From Polyangia bacterium (GTDB taxonomy: Bacteria > Myxococcota_A > Polyangia > Fen-1088): a stretch of DNA of 64,000 nt. Where the stretch lies: the NCBI GenBank assembly GCA_035578045.1, contig DATJWP010000136.1:3975-67974 (forward strand), written 5' to 3'. Of the stretch, positions 45,287 through 54,658 are shown in pieces (position 1 is the first letter of the stretch; each line of letters opens with the position of its first letter). A program made the position numbers and the translations under genes. Under the pieces are notes generated by a model that was not told the DNA's origin, did no database searches, and worked only from the letters and a program-made list of their open reading frames with translations.

Positions 45287-47928
45287 CACGCGCCTCCGAA
45301 CGTCGCGCTCAGCGTGAGAAAGACGCCGCGCGGGGCGCCCGCGGTGAACGTCCGGTCCGGAACCAGCGTCGGCTGGGGCTGGCTGTGGAAGTCGGACGCG
45401 TAGTTGTATTCGCCCAGCCGGTACTGGGAGTCGAGCAGGTTGGTCGACAGCAGCCGCACCTGATAGTTGGTCCAGGCCAGGCTGGCCGACGCGTCGATGG
45501 TGAAGATGTCGTCGCTGGTTTCTCCGTACGGCAGCGGCCGTGGGCCGACAAAGGTGATCCCGGCGCCCAGCGACGCGCGGATCGGCGCGCCCCGCAGCGT
45601 CCAGGGCAACGAGTGGAACAGCGACGTGTCCGACCGCAGGACGGCGCTGGGGACGTAGGCCACCGCCTCGCCGGTGTCGTTGTAGGTCGCGCGAACCAGC
45701 GTCAGGTTGGCCGACTCGTCGAAGAACGGCCCCGTCCAGCGGATCGCCCCCAGCCAGCCGCTGCGCGTGGTGCCGGCGCCGATCACGTTGCGCCCGGCCG
45801 TCTGGTCGAAGATCAGGTCCTTGTCGACCACCGTCTGAAAGACGACCGTGCGCGCGACCAGCAGCGAGCTGCGGATCGACCGGGTGTAGGCCGCCCCCAC
45901 CTCGTACGCCGTGACGTGCGCGAACGGCGCGGTGACGTCCTGGCTGATGTAGACCGGGTCGACGGAGCGCACGCCCTGCCCGTAGCTGCCCGAGAGCGTG
46001 AAGCCGCGGAACGGCCCCACGATCGCCGACGCGCGCGGCAGCGTGGCGATGCCCGAAGTCGAGCTCACCTGATCCGCCTCCCGGGGCCGGCCGAAGTCCT
46101 GCTGGGTCAGGCAGCTCTGATCGATGGGCAGATTGGTGGGCGACGGGTGGCTCACCGACTGGGCCGCGCAGTTGTTCAGCACGTCGTAGGTCAGGATGTC
46201 GGCGCGCACCCCGCCGCGCAGCGACAGCCAGGCCACCGGGCGCAGGTTCAGATCGGCCCAGACGCCGATGTCGCCCAGCTGAGAATCCAGGTCGGTGTCG
46301 GTCTTGTACGGAACGCCCGTGGCCGCCTCCAGCCGCTGCTGGGTGCCGTCGGTCTGATCGCCGCGGGCGTAGTACCCCAGCTCCAGCTCTTGCCGCTGAC
46401 CCAGGAACTGCGTGTGCCAGCGCGCCGAGCCGCGCGTGCCGATGGTCCACTCGTGGACGTTCAGATCCAGCATGTCGCCGCGCTGGTCGTGCGCCGACTG
46501 CAGCGGCTCCTGCACGTCCAGCAGGAACCCGGTGAAGTTCTCGAGCAGGCGCATGTCCCGCTTGATGAGGAACACCTGCATCGCCAGCACCGAGTCGCCT
46601 GGGTGGCTCTCGACGTCGGCGGCGATCGAATACCGCGAGGAGTCGCCCCCCTGCCGAACCGCCTCGTGCGCGTAGGTGGTGAGATCGTAGCTGTCGAAGA
46701 AGCCGATCCGCCCGCTCTGGTAGTCGTCCTCGCGGATCACGCCGGCCGAGTGGAAGTGCGTGGTGTAACCCTGCCCGGTCAGCCGCCACGAGCCGGTGGC
46801 CCCGAAGCGCCCCTCGTACTGCCCCATTGCGGTCCCGCGCTGGGCATCGCGGTCCTGACCGAAGCCGTCGGTCTTGTAGATCTCGGCGCCACCAAACGTG
46901 TGCGTGCTCTCGCCGGGAGGTCCCCACAGCGCCAGCACCCGCTGGGTCCCCCAGCTTCCGAACGTGTAGTTGGCGGTGAGCCCGCGCTGCTCCAGCCCCA
47001 GCTCGTAGTCGGCGCTGCCGGCGACCGCGTAGTTGCCCTGCCGCGGATCGAACGGCCCCTCGACCACCCGCAGAGACTCGATGAGCTCGGGGATGATGAA
47101 GTGCGTGTCGGCGTAGCCGTTGCCGTGCAGGTTGCCGCTCTCGTTGATGGGGACCCCGCCCACCGTGAACTCGACGTCCTGCCCTTCGCGCGCGTCGAAG
47201 CCGCGCATGTAGACCTGCTCGGCGTGCCCCTCGCCGCCCTCGTTGGTCAGCAGGATGCCCGGCGCCAGCTTGAGCAGGTCCGAGGCGTTGGCCCGTGGCA
47301 CCTCGGCGAGCTGCGCGACCCGGATCTGGAAGTCGGACGCCCCCCGGCTGGGCGCGGGCCGGCGGCCCACGACGGTGACGTCCAGCGCCGCGGGCCCCTT
47401 CGCGGCCGGCGCCGGCGCGGCCTCGGGCGCAGGCGGCGGCGCCGGCATGGGCTGCGCTACAGGGAGCGGGGCGGCCGGCGTGGCGGCCGCCGGCGGGGCC
47501 GCCGGCGATTGGGCAGCGGCCGGTGGGGCGGCCGCCGGTGGCCCCGCGGGGGGTGGCTCGAAGTGAAACAGGAGCTGGACCCGGCTGGCGACCGGCGTCC
47601 CCTCGCGCAGGGCCGGCTTGAACCGCCAGCGCATCGCGGCCTGCAGCGCCGCCCGATCGAGCGGCGGCGCGACCCCGTTGCTCAGCTCGACGGCGCTGAC
47701 GTCACCGGTGGGCGAGATGGTCGCGGTGACCGCCACGTCGCCGCGCGCGCCGCTGCCGTCCGCGGGATACGGAGGCCGGATCTCCTCGAGCACGACGGGG
47801 GGCTGCACGCGCGGCCCGGCGGCCGGCTCACCCTGGGCCAGCGCCGCGACCGGGACGGCCAGGCTCAGCACGATCACGAGGCGCGATAGGTTTTGGAACG
47901 GTAAGGGAGAGGGAACGAGACGGCGCAC
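45286..47928 (-). CDS. TonB-dependent outer-membrane receptor with an additional N-terminal TonB-C-like domain
   Basis: The preferred start is GTG 47928 (GGAGG 4 nt upstream), with ATG 47952 as the alternative. Signal peptide ...LAVPVAALA-QGE. Next comes a TonB-C-like block (YPADGSGARGDVAVTATISPTGDV...RWRFKPALREGTPV) and an Ala/Pro linker. The plug follows (ASDLLKLAPGILL, MRGFDAREGQDVEFTVGGVPINE), then a 22-strand-type barrel ending in an aromatic-rich strand. Confidence 0.85.
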   Translation of the reverse strand: MRRLVPSPLPFQNLSRLVIVLSLAVPVAALAQGEPAAGPRVQPPVVLEEIRPPYPADGSGARGDVAVTATISPTGDVSAVELSNGVAPPLDRAALQAAMRWRFKPALREGTPVASRVQLLFHFEPPPAGPPAAAPPAAAQSPAAPPAAATPAAPLPVAQPMPAPPPAPEAAPAPAAKGPAALDVTVVGRRPAPSRGASDFQIRVAQLAEVPRANASDLLKLAPGILLTNEGGEGHAEQVYMRGFDAREGQDVEFTVGGVPINESGNLHGNGYADTHFIIPELIESLRVVEGPFDPRQGNYAVAGSADYELGLEQRGLTANYTFGSWGTQRVLALWGPPGESTHTFGGAEIYKTDGFGQDRDAQRGTAMGQYEGRFGATGSWRLTGQGYTTHFHSAGVIREDDYQSGRIGFFDSYDLTTYAHEAVRQGGDSSRYSIAADVESHPGDSVLAMQVFLIKRDMRLLENFTGFLLDVQEPLQSAHDQRGDMLDLNVHEWTIGTRGSARWHTQFLGQRQELELGYYARGDQTDGTQQRLEAATGVPYKTDTDLDSQLGDIGVWADLNLRPVAWLSLRGGVRADILTYDVLNNCAAQSVSHPSPTNLPIDQSCLTQQDFGRPREADQVSSTSGIATLPRASAIVGPFRGFTLSGSYGQGVRSVDPVYISQDVTAPFAHVTAYEVGAAYTRSIRSSLLVARTVVFQTVVDKDLIFDQTAGRNVIGAGTTRSGWLGAIRWTGPFFDESANLTLVRATYNDTGEAVAYVPSAVLRSDTSLFHSLPWTLRGAPIRASLGAGITFVGPRPLPYGETSDDIFTIDASASLAWTNYQVRLLSTNLLDSQYRLGEYNYASDFHSQPQPTLVPDRTFTAGAPRGVFLTLSATFGGA

Positions 47929-48053
47929 GGAACCTCCGATTCGAACCAGCATGCAGCGCCCCCGGCGCCACGCATCCAGGTTTCGGCGCACGCGCCCCCG
48001 AAGGTGCGATCGCGCGCCACGCGGGCGACCGGCGGCCAGCCCGCGAGTCTGGA

Positions 48054-48476
48054 CTACGCGCGCGGCGGGGAGGTCTTGGGTGCCGCGGCGAGCGCGACCG
48101 TGCGCCCGCGCTCGCGGCGGGGCGCTACGGGCGCGGCGACGGGAGGCGGCGGCGCGACTGCGCCGGTGACCGAGGGCGTGGACGTGGAGGTGCTCCCCTC
48201 GACCGTGAACGCGACCGCGCAGTGCTCGTGGCCGCCGGCGGCCGCGCGGCCCTGGGCCCGAAGCGAATCCGCGCCGGTGGGCGACGGCAACTCGACGCCG
48301 CTCATCGCGACGGCAGCCACGTGGGTCAGCTCGCCGTGCTCGGCGCAGCGGAAGTGGCGGACCGTCATCTCGTGCGAGAGCGACGCGAGCTGAGCCAGCG
48401 AAGCCGCGACGATCACCCCGACGGTGAACGCGCGCGCCATGCTGGAAAAGCCGTGATTGCCCGCACGCAGACGCAT
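48054..48476 (-). CDS. Membrane-anchored His/Cys-motif protein, unknown function (possible metal binding)
   Basis: ATG 48476 with GAGGAG upstream. A hydrophobic anchor AFTVGVIVAASLA is followed by HFRCAEHGELTH and GHEHC motifs and a Pro/Ala tail. Confidence 0.5.
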   Translation of the reverse strand: MRLRAGNHGFSSMARAFTVGVIVAASLAQLASLSHEMTVRHFRCAEHGELTHVAAVAMSGVELPSPTGADSLRAQGRAAAGGHEHCAVAFTVEGSTSTSTPSVTGAVAPPPPVAAPVAPRRERGRTVALAAAPKTSPPRA

Positions 48477-48515
48477 GAGCCTCTCCTCTCTGAGGTAAAC
48501 GAGACTGAAGCGGCC

Positions 48516-48535
48516 GTCAAGCGACGCCCCTTGAC
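48516..48535. promoter_or_regulatory. Inverted repeat GTCAAG-N8-CTTGAC overlapping a TTGACA hexamer in the divergent promoter region
   Basis: Read directly from the sequence. TTGACA lies at 48531-48536, 36 nt before the SCO1 GTG. It is an operator-like dyad between the His/Cys protein gene and SCO1. Confidence 0.3.
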
Positions 48536-48571
48536 AGACGACCTGCCTCGACGGAAGAACCAACGGTCGTC

Positions 48572-49252
48572 GTGAGCACCGGTCCCGCAGAAGCCCCCGT
48601 CCCCGTCGCCCGGCCAACGGCAGCGGCGCGGCTCGCCGGCCGGCCCAGCGTCTGGATCCTGGCCCTGGGCCTGCTGTTCGCGGTGCCCATCGTCAAGTCG
48701 ATGACGCGGCGGCTGACCGCCGCGCCGCCCATCCTGGGCACCCTGCCGGCGTTCTCGCTGACCGACCAGCGCGGCCAGCGCTTCGGGACGCGCGAGCTGG
48801 CCGGCAAGGTCTGGGTCGCCGACTTCATCTTCACCGCCTGCCAGGAGGCCTGCCCGATGCTGAGCGAGCGGATGAAGGAGGTCGGCCAGCGAACGCGCAA
48901 CCTGGGCCCTGACTTCCACCTGGTCTCGATCTCGGTCGACCCCCAGCGTGACACCCCCGAGAAGCTGGCCGCCTACGGGGCCCGCTACGGCGCGAACCCC
49001 CTGGCCTGGTCGTTCCTGACCGGCCCGGCGGACGCGATCGAGGCGGCCGTGGTGGGGGGCTTCAAGGTCGGGATGGGAAAAGAGAAGCAGCCGGGCGCCG
49101 AAAACGGCGGGAACGGCGAGTTCTGGCAGATCTTCCACGGCGAAAACCTGGTCCTGGTCGACCGCCAGCTCCAGATCCGCGGCTACTTCCACGCCGACCC
49201 CGAAGGGATCAACCTGCTGGTGGCCGCCGCCGGCCGCGTCGCGAACGAGTAG
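48572..49252 (+). CDS. SCO1/SenC family copper chaperone
   Basis: TM anchor, thioredoxin-like fold, the copper motif FTACQEACP (CxxxCP), and DPQRDTPEKLAAY. Confidence 0.9.
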   Translation: MSTGPAEAPVPVARPTAAARLAGRPSVWILALGLLFAVPIVKSMTRRLTAAPPILGTLPAFSLTDQRGQRFGTRELAGKVWVADFIFTACQEACPMLSERMKEVGQRTRNLGPDFHLVSISVDPQRDTPEKLAAYGARYGANPLAWSFLTGPADAIEAAVVGGFKVGMGKEKQPGAENGGNGEFWQIFHGENLVLVDRQLQIRGYFHADPEGINLLVAAAGRVANE

Positions 49253-49370
49253 CTCGACCGGACTCAGGGGCAGTCAGGATGGGCGGTCGAGGCCGGCCCT
49301 TGCGGGACCCGCCGGACGGACGCAAAAGCCGCGCTTGACGTGGACTTGCGTGCCTGTTAGCACGTCGCAC

Positions 49371-50168
49371 ATGCTGAGACGGGATAGTCGCCCCCTCCTT
49401 GCCTTCACGGGGGCGATCCTGCTGGCCGCCGGCTGTCACAAGGACGCCGCGCCCGAGGCCCCTCCGCCCCCCACCCCACCTGCCGCGCCGGCTCCGGGCG
49501 CCCCGGCGGCTCCCGCGGCCGCGGCCGCCCCGGCGGCCGGAAAGGCCGCGGTCGAAGGGCACGTGAAGCTCGCCGGTACGCCGCCGGAGATGGCCATGAC
49601 CAAGCGGGCCGCCGACCCCTTCTGCGCCGCCACACCCATGAAAGAGGAAGAGGTCGTGGTCGGCCCCGGCGGTGGGCTCGCCAACGTCGTGGTCCGGGTG
49701 ACCGAGGGGGCGTCCGGGCACTACGATCCGCCCGCCACGCCCGCCACCCTGGACCAGAGCGCCTGCATGTACCGGCCGCGCGTCCAGGCCATCGTGGCCG
49801 GTCAAGCGCTGGCGATCCGCAACGGCGATCAGACCCTGCACAACGTCCACGGCTACAACGGGCCCTCGACCCTGTTCAACCAGGCCGAGATCCCGGGGCT
49901 GCCGGCGATCACCAGGAAGCTGGGCGCGGCCGGCGACATCCTCAAGTTCAAGTGCGACGTCCATCCCTGGATGACCGGCTACGTCGTCGTGAACGGCAAC
50001 CCCTACTTCGCCGTGACCGGGAACGACGGCTGGTTCCGCATCGGGAACATGCCACCGGGCACGTACACTCTGACTGCGTGGCACGAACGCTACGGGACCA
50101 AGACGGCGCAGGTGACGGTCGCCGAGGGGAAACCGGCCGAGGTGAGCTTCGCCTACGATGCCAAATGA
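49371..50168 (+). CDS. Lipoprotein with amicyanin-like cupredoxin domain plus C-terminal CarboxypepD_reg-like domain
   Basis: Lipobox LLAAGC. Type-1 copper loop KCDVHPWM (C-x2-H-x2-M, as in amicyanin) with an upstream HNVHGY. The C-terminus is GWFRIGNMPPGTYTLTAWHERYG. The start is ATG 49371, while the track TTG is at 49335. Confidence 0.75.
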   Translation: MLRRDSRPLLAFTGAILLAAGCHKDAAPEAPPPPTPPAAPAPGAPAAPAAAAAPAAGKAAVEGHVKLAGTPPEMAMTKRAADPFCAATPMKEEEVVVGPGGGLANVVVRVTEGASGHYDPPATPATLDQSACMYRPRVQAIVAGQALAIRNGDQTLHNVHGYNGPSTLFNQAEIPGLPAITRKLGAAGDILKFKCDVHPWMTGYVVVNGNPYFAVTGNDGWFRIGNMPPGTYTLTAWHERYGTKTAQVTVAEGKPAEVSFAYDAK

Positions 50169-51996
50169 TCTGAGCGCGGCGCAGCTGGAACGCGCCGAAA
50201 CCCGCGACCGGCGGATCGTGGCTCCCGACCCGTTGCCGGCCGGGCGTCCCTGGATCCACCGGCTGGCCGTCACGACCGCGATCGCGACCTACCTGCTGAT
50301 CCTGATCGGCGGCCTGGTGCACGGCACCGGCTCCAGCCTGGCCTGCCCCGACTGGCCCACCTGCTACGGCACCTTCATGCCCAAGATGGAGGGCGGCGTG
50401 CTGGTCGAGCACAGCCACCGCCTGGCGGCCGGGACCGTCGTGATCCTGACGCTGGTGCTGGCCACGGCGCTGAGCGTGGCGGGCCGGCGCGACGTTCTGG
50501 CCCGGCGCCTGCGCCCCTTCGGGTGGCTGGCGGTCGCGCTGGTGTTCGCGCAGGCGCTGCTGGGCGGGATCACCGTCCTCTTGCGGCTGCCGACGCCCAT
50601 CTCGACGGCGCACACCGCCACCTCGCTGCTGTTCTTCATGACGGTGCTGTACATCGCCGTCCGCTCGCGCCCCGAGCGCGCCGCGCCCCCGGTGGCGGCG
50701 CCGGCCCTGGTCGCGCGCGCGGCGCTGATCGCGGCGGTCGGCGTCTACGTCCAGATGGTGCTGGGCGGGCTGGTCCGGCACTCGGGCGCCGCGCTCGCCT
50801 GCGTCGACGTCCCGCTGTGCCGCGGCTCGCTCTGGCCGGACGCGCACCCGACGGTGCTCATCCAGGCCCTGCACCGGCTGAACGCGATGGCGGTCGCGGG
50901 CCTGGTGCTCGCGGCTGCGATCGTCGCGTTCCGGCAGGCTCCGCGCGCGATCACGCGGGCCCTGGCCCTGGTCGCGCCGGCGCTGGTGGGCGTGCAGATC
51001 TGGCTGGGCATCCGCTCGGTGCAATCGTTCCTGGACCTGGCCACCGTCGAGAGCCACCTGGCCGTGGCGACCGCGCTCCTGGCGACGCTGATCCTGATCG
51101 CGCTCAGCGCGCGCCCGGCGCTCCGGCCGCAGTTCGGCGGGCTGGCCTGGCTGCGCGGGGTGATCGCGCTGGGCAAGCCGCGCATCACCGGGCTGGTCGT
51201 CGTCACCTTCATGGGCGGCCTCTGGCTGGCGCCGGGGCCCATCGCCCGGTGGCGCGCGATCATGACGCTGCTCGGGACCGCGTTCCTGGTCGCCGCCTCC
51301 AACACGTTCAACATGTACCTCGAGCGGGACGTCGATCCGCTGATGGAGCGGACCCGCGACCGGCCGCTGCCGCGAGGGGTCCTGTCGCCCGAGACGTCCC
51401 TGGTGTTCGGCGCCCTACTGGCCTGCTTCGCCGTCCCGCTGGTGTTCCTGGGCAGCAACCTGCTGACCGGGATCCTGGGCCTGGCGGCGCTGGGCAGCTA
51501 CGTGGCGATCTACACGCCGCTCAAGCGGCACTCGGCCGCGGCGCTGTTCATCGGCGCCGTCCCCGGCGCGCTGCCGCCGCTGATGGGCTGGACCGCCGTC
51601 ACCGGCCACCTGGATGCGCCCGGCGTCGCGCTGTTCGCGATCCTGTTCTTCTGGCAGGTCCCGCACTTCTGCGCGATCGCCATCTACCGCGCCGGCGAGT
51701 ACGCGCGCGCCGGCTTCAAGGTGCTGCCGGCCCGGGTCTCGACCCGGACCACGCTGGTGACCATGGTGGCGTTCTCGGTGGGGCTGGTCGCCGCCACCCT
51801 GCTGCTCGGCCCGCTGGGCGTCGCCGGAACCGCTTACCTGGCCTGCGCCGCCGGGCTGGGCATCGCCTTCATCGTCTGGACCGCCGCCGGCTTCCGCCGC
51901 GCCGCCAGCGCCCGCTGGGCCCGCTCGCTGTTCTTCTACTCGCTCGTCTACCTGACCGTCCTCTTCGTCGCCATCGCCCTCGGCCGCACGGCCTGA
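50158..51996 (+). CDS. ctaA/ctaB: Fusion of haem A synthase (CtaA/COX15) and protohaem IX farnesyltransferase (CtaB/CyoE)
   Basis: The N-terminal half has GGLVHGTGSSLACPDWPTCYG, EHSHRL and a second HRLNA. The C-terminal half has the UbiA-type motif NMYLERDVDPLMERTRDRPLP, plus YTPLKR and FFWQVPHF. Confidence 0.9.
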   Translation: MPNDLSAAQLERAETRDRRIVAPDPLPAGRPWIHRLAVTTAIATYLLILIGGLVHGTGSSLACPDWPTCYGTFMPKMEGGVLVEHSHRLAAGTVVILTLVLATALSVAGRRDVLARRLRPFGWLAVALVFAQALLGGITVLLRLPTPISTAHTATSLLFFMTVLYIAVRSRPERAAPPVAAPALVARAALIAAVGVYVQMVLGGLVRHSGAALACVDVPLCRGSLWPDAHPTVLIQALHRLNAMAVAGLVLAAAIVAFRQAPRAITRALALVAPALVGVQIWLGIRSVQSFLDLATVESHLAVATALLATLILIALSARPALRPQFGGLAWLRGVIALGKPRITGLVVVTFMGGLWLAPGPIARWRAIMTLLGTAFLVAASNTFNMYLERDVDPLMERTRDRPLPRGVLSPETSLVFGALLACFAVPLVFLGSNLLTGILGLAALGSYVAIYTPLKRHSAAALFIGAVPGALPPLMGWTAVTGHLDAPGVALFAILFFWQVPHFCAIAIYRAGEYARAGFKVLPARVSTRTTLVTMVAFSVGLVAATLLLGPLGVAGTAYLACAAGLGIAFIVWTAAGFRRAASARWARSLFFYSLVYLTVLFVAIALGRTA

Positions 51997-52089
51997 GCGT
52001 CACACCGCCAGCGCGGTTGCGTGATGCTCACGCGCGGCGCTCTTCTCGTCGCTGTGCCGCGACCGCGCTGGTCGTCCGGTCAGGATGGA

Positions 52090-52116
52090 GGGCCGCGTGC
52101 GGCTCCCTCGCGGCCC
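52090..52116. terminator. 8-bp GC hairpin GGGCCGCG-N11-CGCGGCCC between convergent genes
   Basis: Read directly from the sequence. It sits in the gap between the ctaA/ctaB stop (51996) and the zinc-ribbon gene stop (52120). Confidence 0.3.
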
Positions 52117-52119
52117 GAA

Positions 52120-52589
52120 TCAAACCATCCAGTATTCGTCGAACATCAGGTCGGAGACGGCCCGGCCCCACAGGACACAGTCGACGTAGCTGCTGACCTC
52201 GGCGAGCATCGCGCGGTCGGCCGCCTGCAGCGCTTCCAGCCGCCCGTCCATGCGCGCCCACATCACCGACATGACGGCCAGCTGCTCGGTGTGCAGCCAC
52301 AGCAGCTCGCAGCGGTCGCAGCGCGAGAACCTCACCACGCCGGCCTGGCAATAGTCGTCGCGGCTCATGGAGCGGTGGCAGGCCGGGCAGCCCGGGTGCT
52401 CGGCGATCGCGGGCAGCGGCTCGATCGGGACGTTGGGATCGACTTTGCCTCGGAGCCGCCGGCTGGCCCGTTCGAGCAGCCTCGCGAGCAGGCGCTGAGG
52501 GACCAGCATGCAGGAGCAAGCCCGGCAGACCTCGAGCCTGCCCTCGCCGGTCTGGACGCCGTCCATGACCACTCCGCAGGCGGCGCAGT

Positions 52590-52593
<4 letters not shown>
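52120..52593 (-). CDS. Double zinc-ribbon protein (TFIIB-type zinc ribbon family)
   Basis: Two CxxC...CxxC pairs are present: MNCAACG...CRAC and CPACH...CDRC. It has a 4-nt overlap with the gpsA stop. Confidence 0.7.
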
Positions 52594-53588
<995 letters not shown>

Positions 53589-53602
53589 CGAGCCGAACGC
53601 TC

Positions 53603-54658
53603 CTAATCGCTGCCGGCGATGCGAACGCGGTTGCGGCCGGCGTTCTTGGCGGCGAACAGCGCCCGGTCGGCGGCGGCCAGCACCAGGGCCGGCTCGGCGC
53701 CGTCGTCCGGGAACGAGGCCACGCCGGCAGAGATGGTCAGCCGGCCCAGCGGCTGCGTGCCGCCGAACTCGAAGGGGAACGCGGCGATCTGGGCGCAGAT
53801 GCGCTCGGCCACCTCGCGCGCAGCCGGCTTGCCGACGTCGAGCAGGATGATCGCGAACTCCTCGCCGCCGTAACGCGCGACCAGGTCGTTGGCCCGGCGC
53901 CCGTGCTGCAGGATCTTGGACACGCCGCGAAGCGCGTTGTCGCCGGCCAGGTGCCCGTGCCGGTCGTTGTAGCCCTTGAAGTGGTCGACGTCGATCATCA
54001 GGACCGACAGCGGCAGCCCGGTGCGGTTGCTGCGCTCCATCTCCAGCGACAGCCGCTCGCGGAAGTGGCGGTGGTTGTAGAGCCCGGTCAGCCCGTCGGT
54101 GATGGCCAGCTCGGACAGGCGCTGGTTCAACTTCTCCAGCTCGCGGGTCCGCTCGACCACCTTCTCTTCCAGGCACATGTTCAGCGACGCCAGCTCGGCG
54201 TTCTTCTTCTGCACTTCCTCGAGCAGCTCGGCCCGCTCGCGCTCCAGCCGGAAGCGCGAGAGCAGGCTCTGGATCGTGAGCCGCAGGTCCGGCTCGTCCC
54301 AGGGCTTGGGGATGTACTGGTCCAGGCCGGCGCGGTTGATCGCGTAGACGACGGCGTCCAGGCCGGCCTGCCCGGTGAGCAGGATCTTGACCGTCTGCGG
54401 GCTGCGCCGGTGGACCTCTTCCAGCAGCTCGACGCCCTTCATGCCGGGCATGATCTGGTCGGCGATGACGACGGCGACCTGCTCGCCGTCCTGCTGCAGG
54501 TCCTCGATCAGGTCCAGCGCCTCGCGCGCGTTCTTGGCGACGGCGATGTCGCACTCGCCGCCGAAGCGCGCGGAGAGCTGCTGGCGGAGGGCGGCCAGGA
54601 TCCCCTCTTCGTCGTCGACGCAGACGATGTGCTCGCGCAGCACCGCGGTCGGTGTCAT
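53603..54658 (-). CDS. Response regulator receiver + GGDEF diguanylate cyclase (with RxxD I-site)
   Basis: Receiver motifs VCVDDE, IADQIMPGMKG and KPW, then a coiled-coil linker. The GGDEF domain has DGLTGLYNHRHF and RANDLVARYGGEEF. The ATG overlaps the kinase stop (TGATG). Confidence 0.9.
   Translation of the reverse strand: MTPTAVLREHIVCVDDEEGILAALRQQLSARFGGECDIAVAKNAREALDLIEDLQQDGEQVAVVIADQIMPGMKGVELLEEVHRRSPQTVKILLTGQAGLDAVVYAINRAGLDQYIPKPWDEPDLRLTIQSLLSRFRLERERAELLEEVQKKNAELASLNMCLEEKVVERTRELEKLNQRLSELAITDGLTGLYNHRHFRERLSLEMERSNRTGLPLSVLMIDVDHFKGYNDRHGHLAGDNALRGVSKILQHGRRANDLVARYGGEEFAIILLDVGKPAAREVAERICAQIAAFPFEFGGTQPLGRLTISAGVASFPDDGAEPALVLAAADRALFAAKNAGRNRVRIAGSD

Noticed and set aside
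49335-49363. TTGACG at 49335 followed 17 nt later by TAGCAC as a promoter for the cupredoxin gene
   Set aside because: The -10 candidate matches TATAAT at only 3 of 6 positions, and the TTG doubles as the track's alternative start codon. The evidence is insufficient to report it as a feature.
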